The position numbers and the translations under genes are program-made. From Prochlorococcus sp. AG-455-E15 (GTDB lineage: Bacteria > Cyanobacteriota > Cyanobacteriia > PCC-6307 > Cyanobiaceae), in assembly GCA_003212115.1 (NCBI GenBank), contig QCQS01000001.1, forward strand, positions 1-37,759: DNA of 37,759 nt, in the 5' to 3' direction. Position 1 is the stretch's first letter, and the number at the start of each line of letters is the position of its first letter. Positions 37,601 through 37,759 of this stretch are shown here, piece after piece. The notes beneath the pieces are model-generated. The model worked only from the letters and a program-made list of their open reading frames with translations. It was not told where the DNA came from and made no database searches.

Positions 37601-37759
37601 TTATTTTGTCTCCATCCAATTGTCTCCAATACCAATATCAACTAAAAGAGGCACCTTTAATTTTACACAATCTTCCATAGTCTTCTTTACTAATTTCGTC
37701 GTAATTTCCAAAGAATCTGGTTCAACTTCAAACAATAATTCATCATGTACTTGTAAAAG
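37601..37759 (-). CDS. polA: DNA polymerase I, C-terminal fragment (5'-truncated by window edge)
   Basis: Hand-translated LLQVHDELLFEV...VPLLVDIGIGDNWMETK* (motif C VHDE). Confidence 0.93.
   Translation of the reverse strand, partial: LLQVHDELLFEVEPDSLEITTKLVKKTMEDCVKLKVPLLVDIGIGDNWMETK

Overview
AT-rich chromosomal window from a marine picocyanobacterium, most likely a high-light Prochlorococcus (psbD carrying the [16 protein letters not shown] insertion, a Yfr2-family sRNA, and the glyQ-futA-tRNA-Ser ... cobQ-maf-psbC/psbD-ycf4 ... pntAB-dxr-cysS-polA gene order). Positions 1-4.4 kb and 18.3-37.8 kb are ordinary core genes. A genomic island follows tRNA-Ser(CGA) at 4424-4508. Its first part is an apparently intact ~9.3 kb integrative, tycheposon-like element (4498-13839) bounded by an 11-bp att core and by GTGTCAGGGAT arm repeats. 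It encodes a tyrosine integrase, an excisionase, a small serine resolvase with a res site, a putative HUH rolling-circle Rep, three RHH-like proteins and a tightly coupled operon of unknown, often very acidic proteins. The most striking signal is compositional: the element has almost no GC dinucleotides except in YGCR context (TGCA/TGCG/CGCA), which makes its proteins nearly alanine-free. The only four exceptions found by manual scan lie in promoter boxes or the res site. Further degenerate att cores downstream suggest older elements stacked at the same tRNA. All product calls come from motif recognition by eye; no database searches were run.
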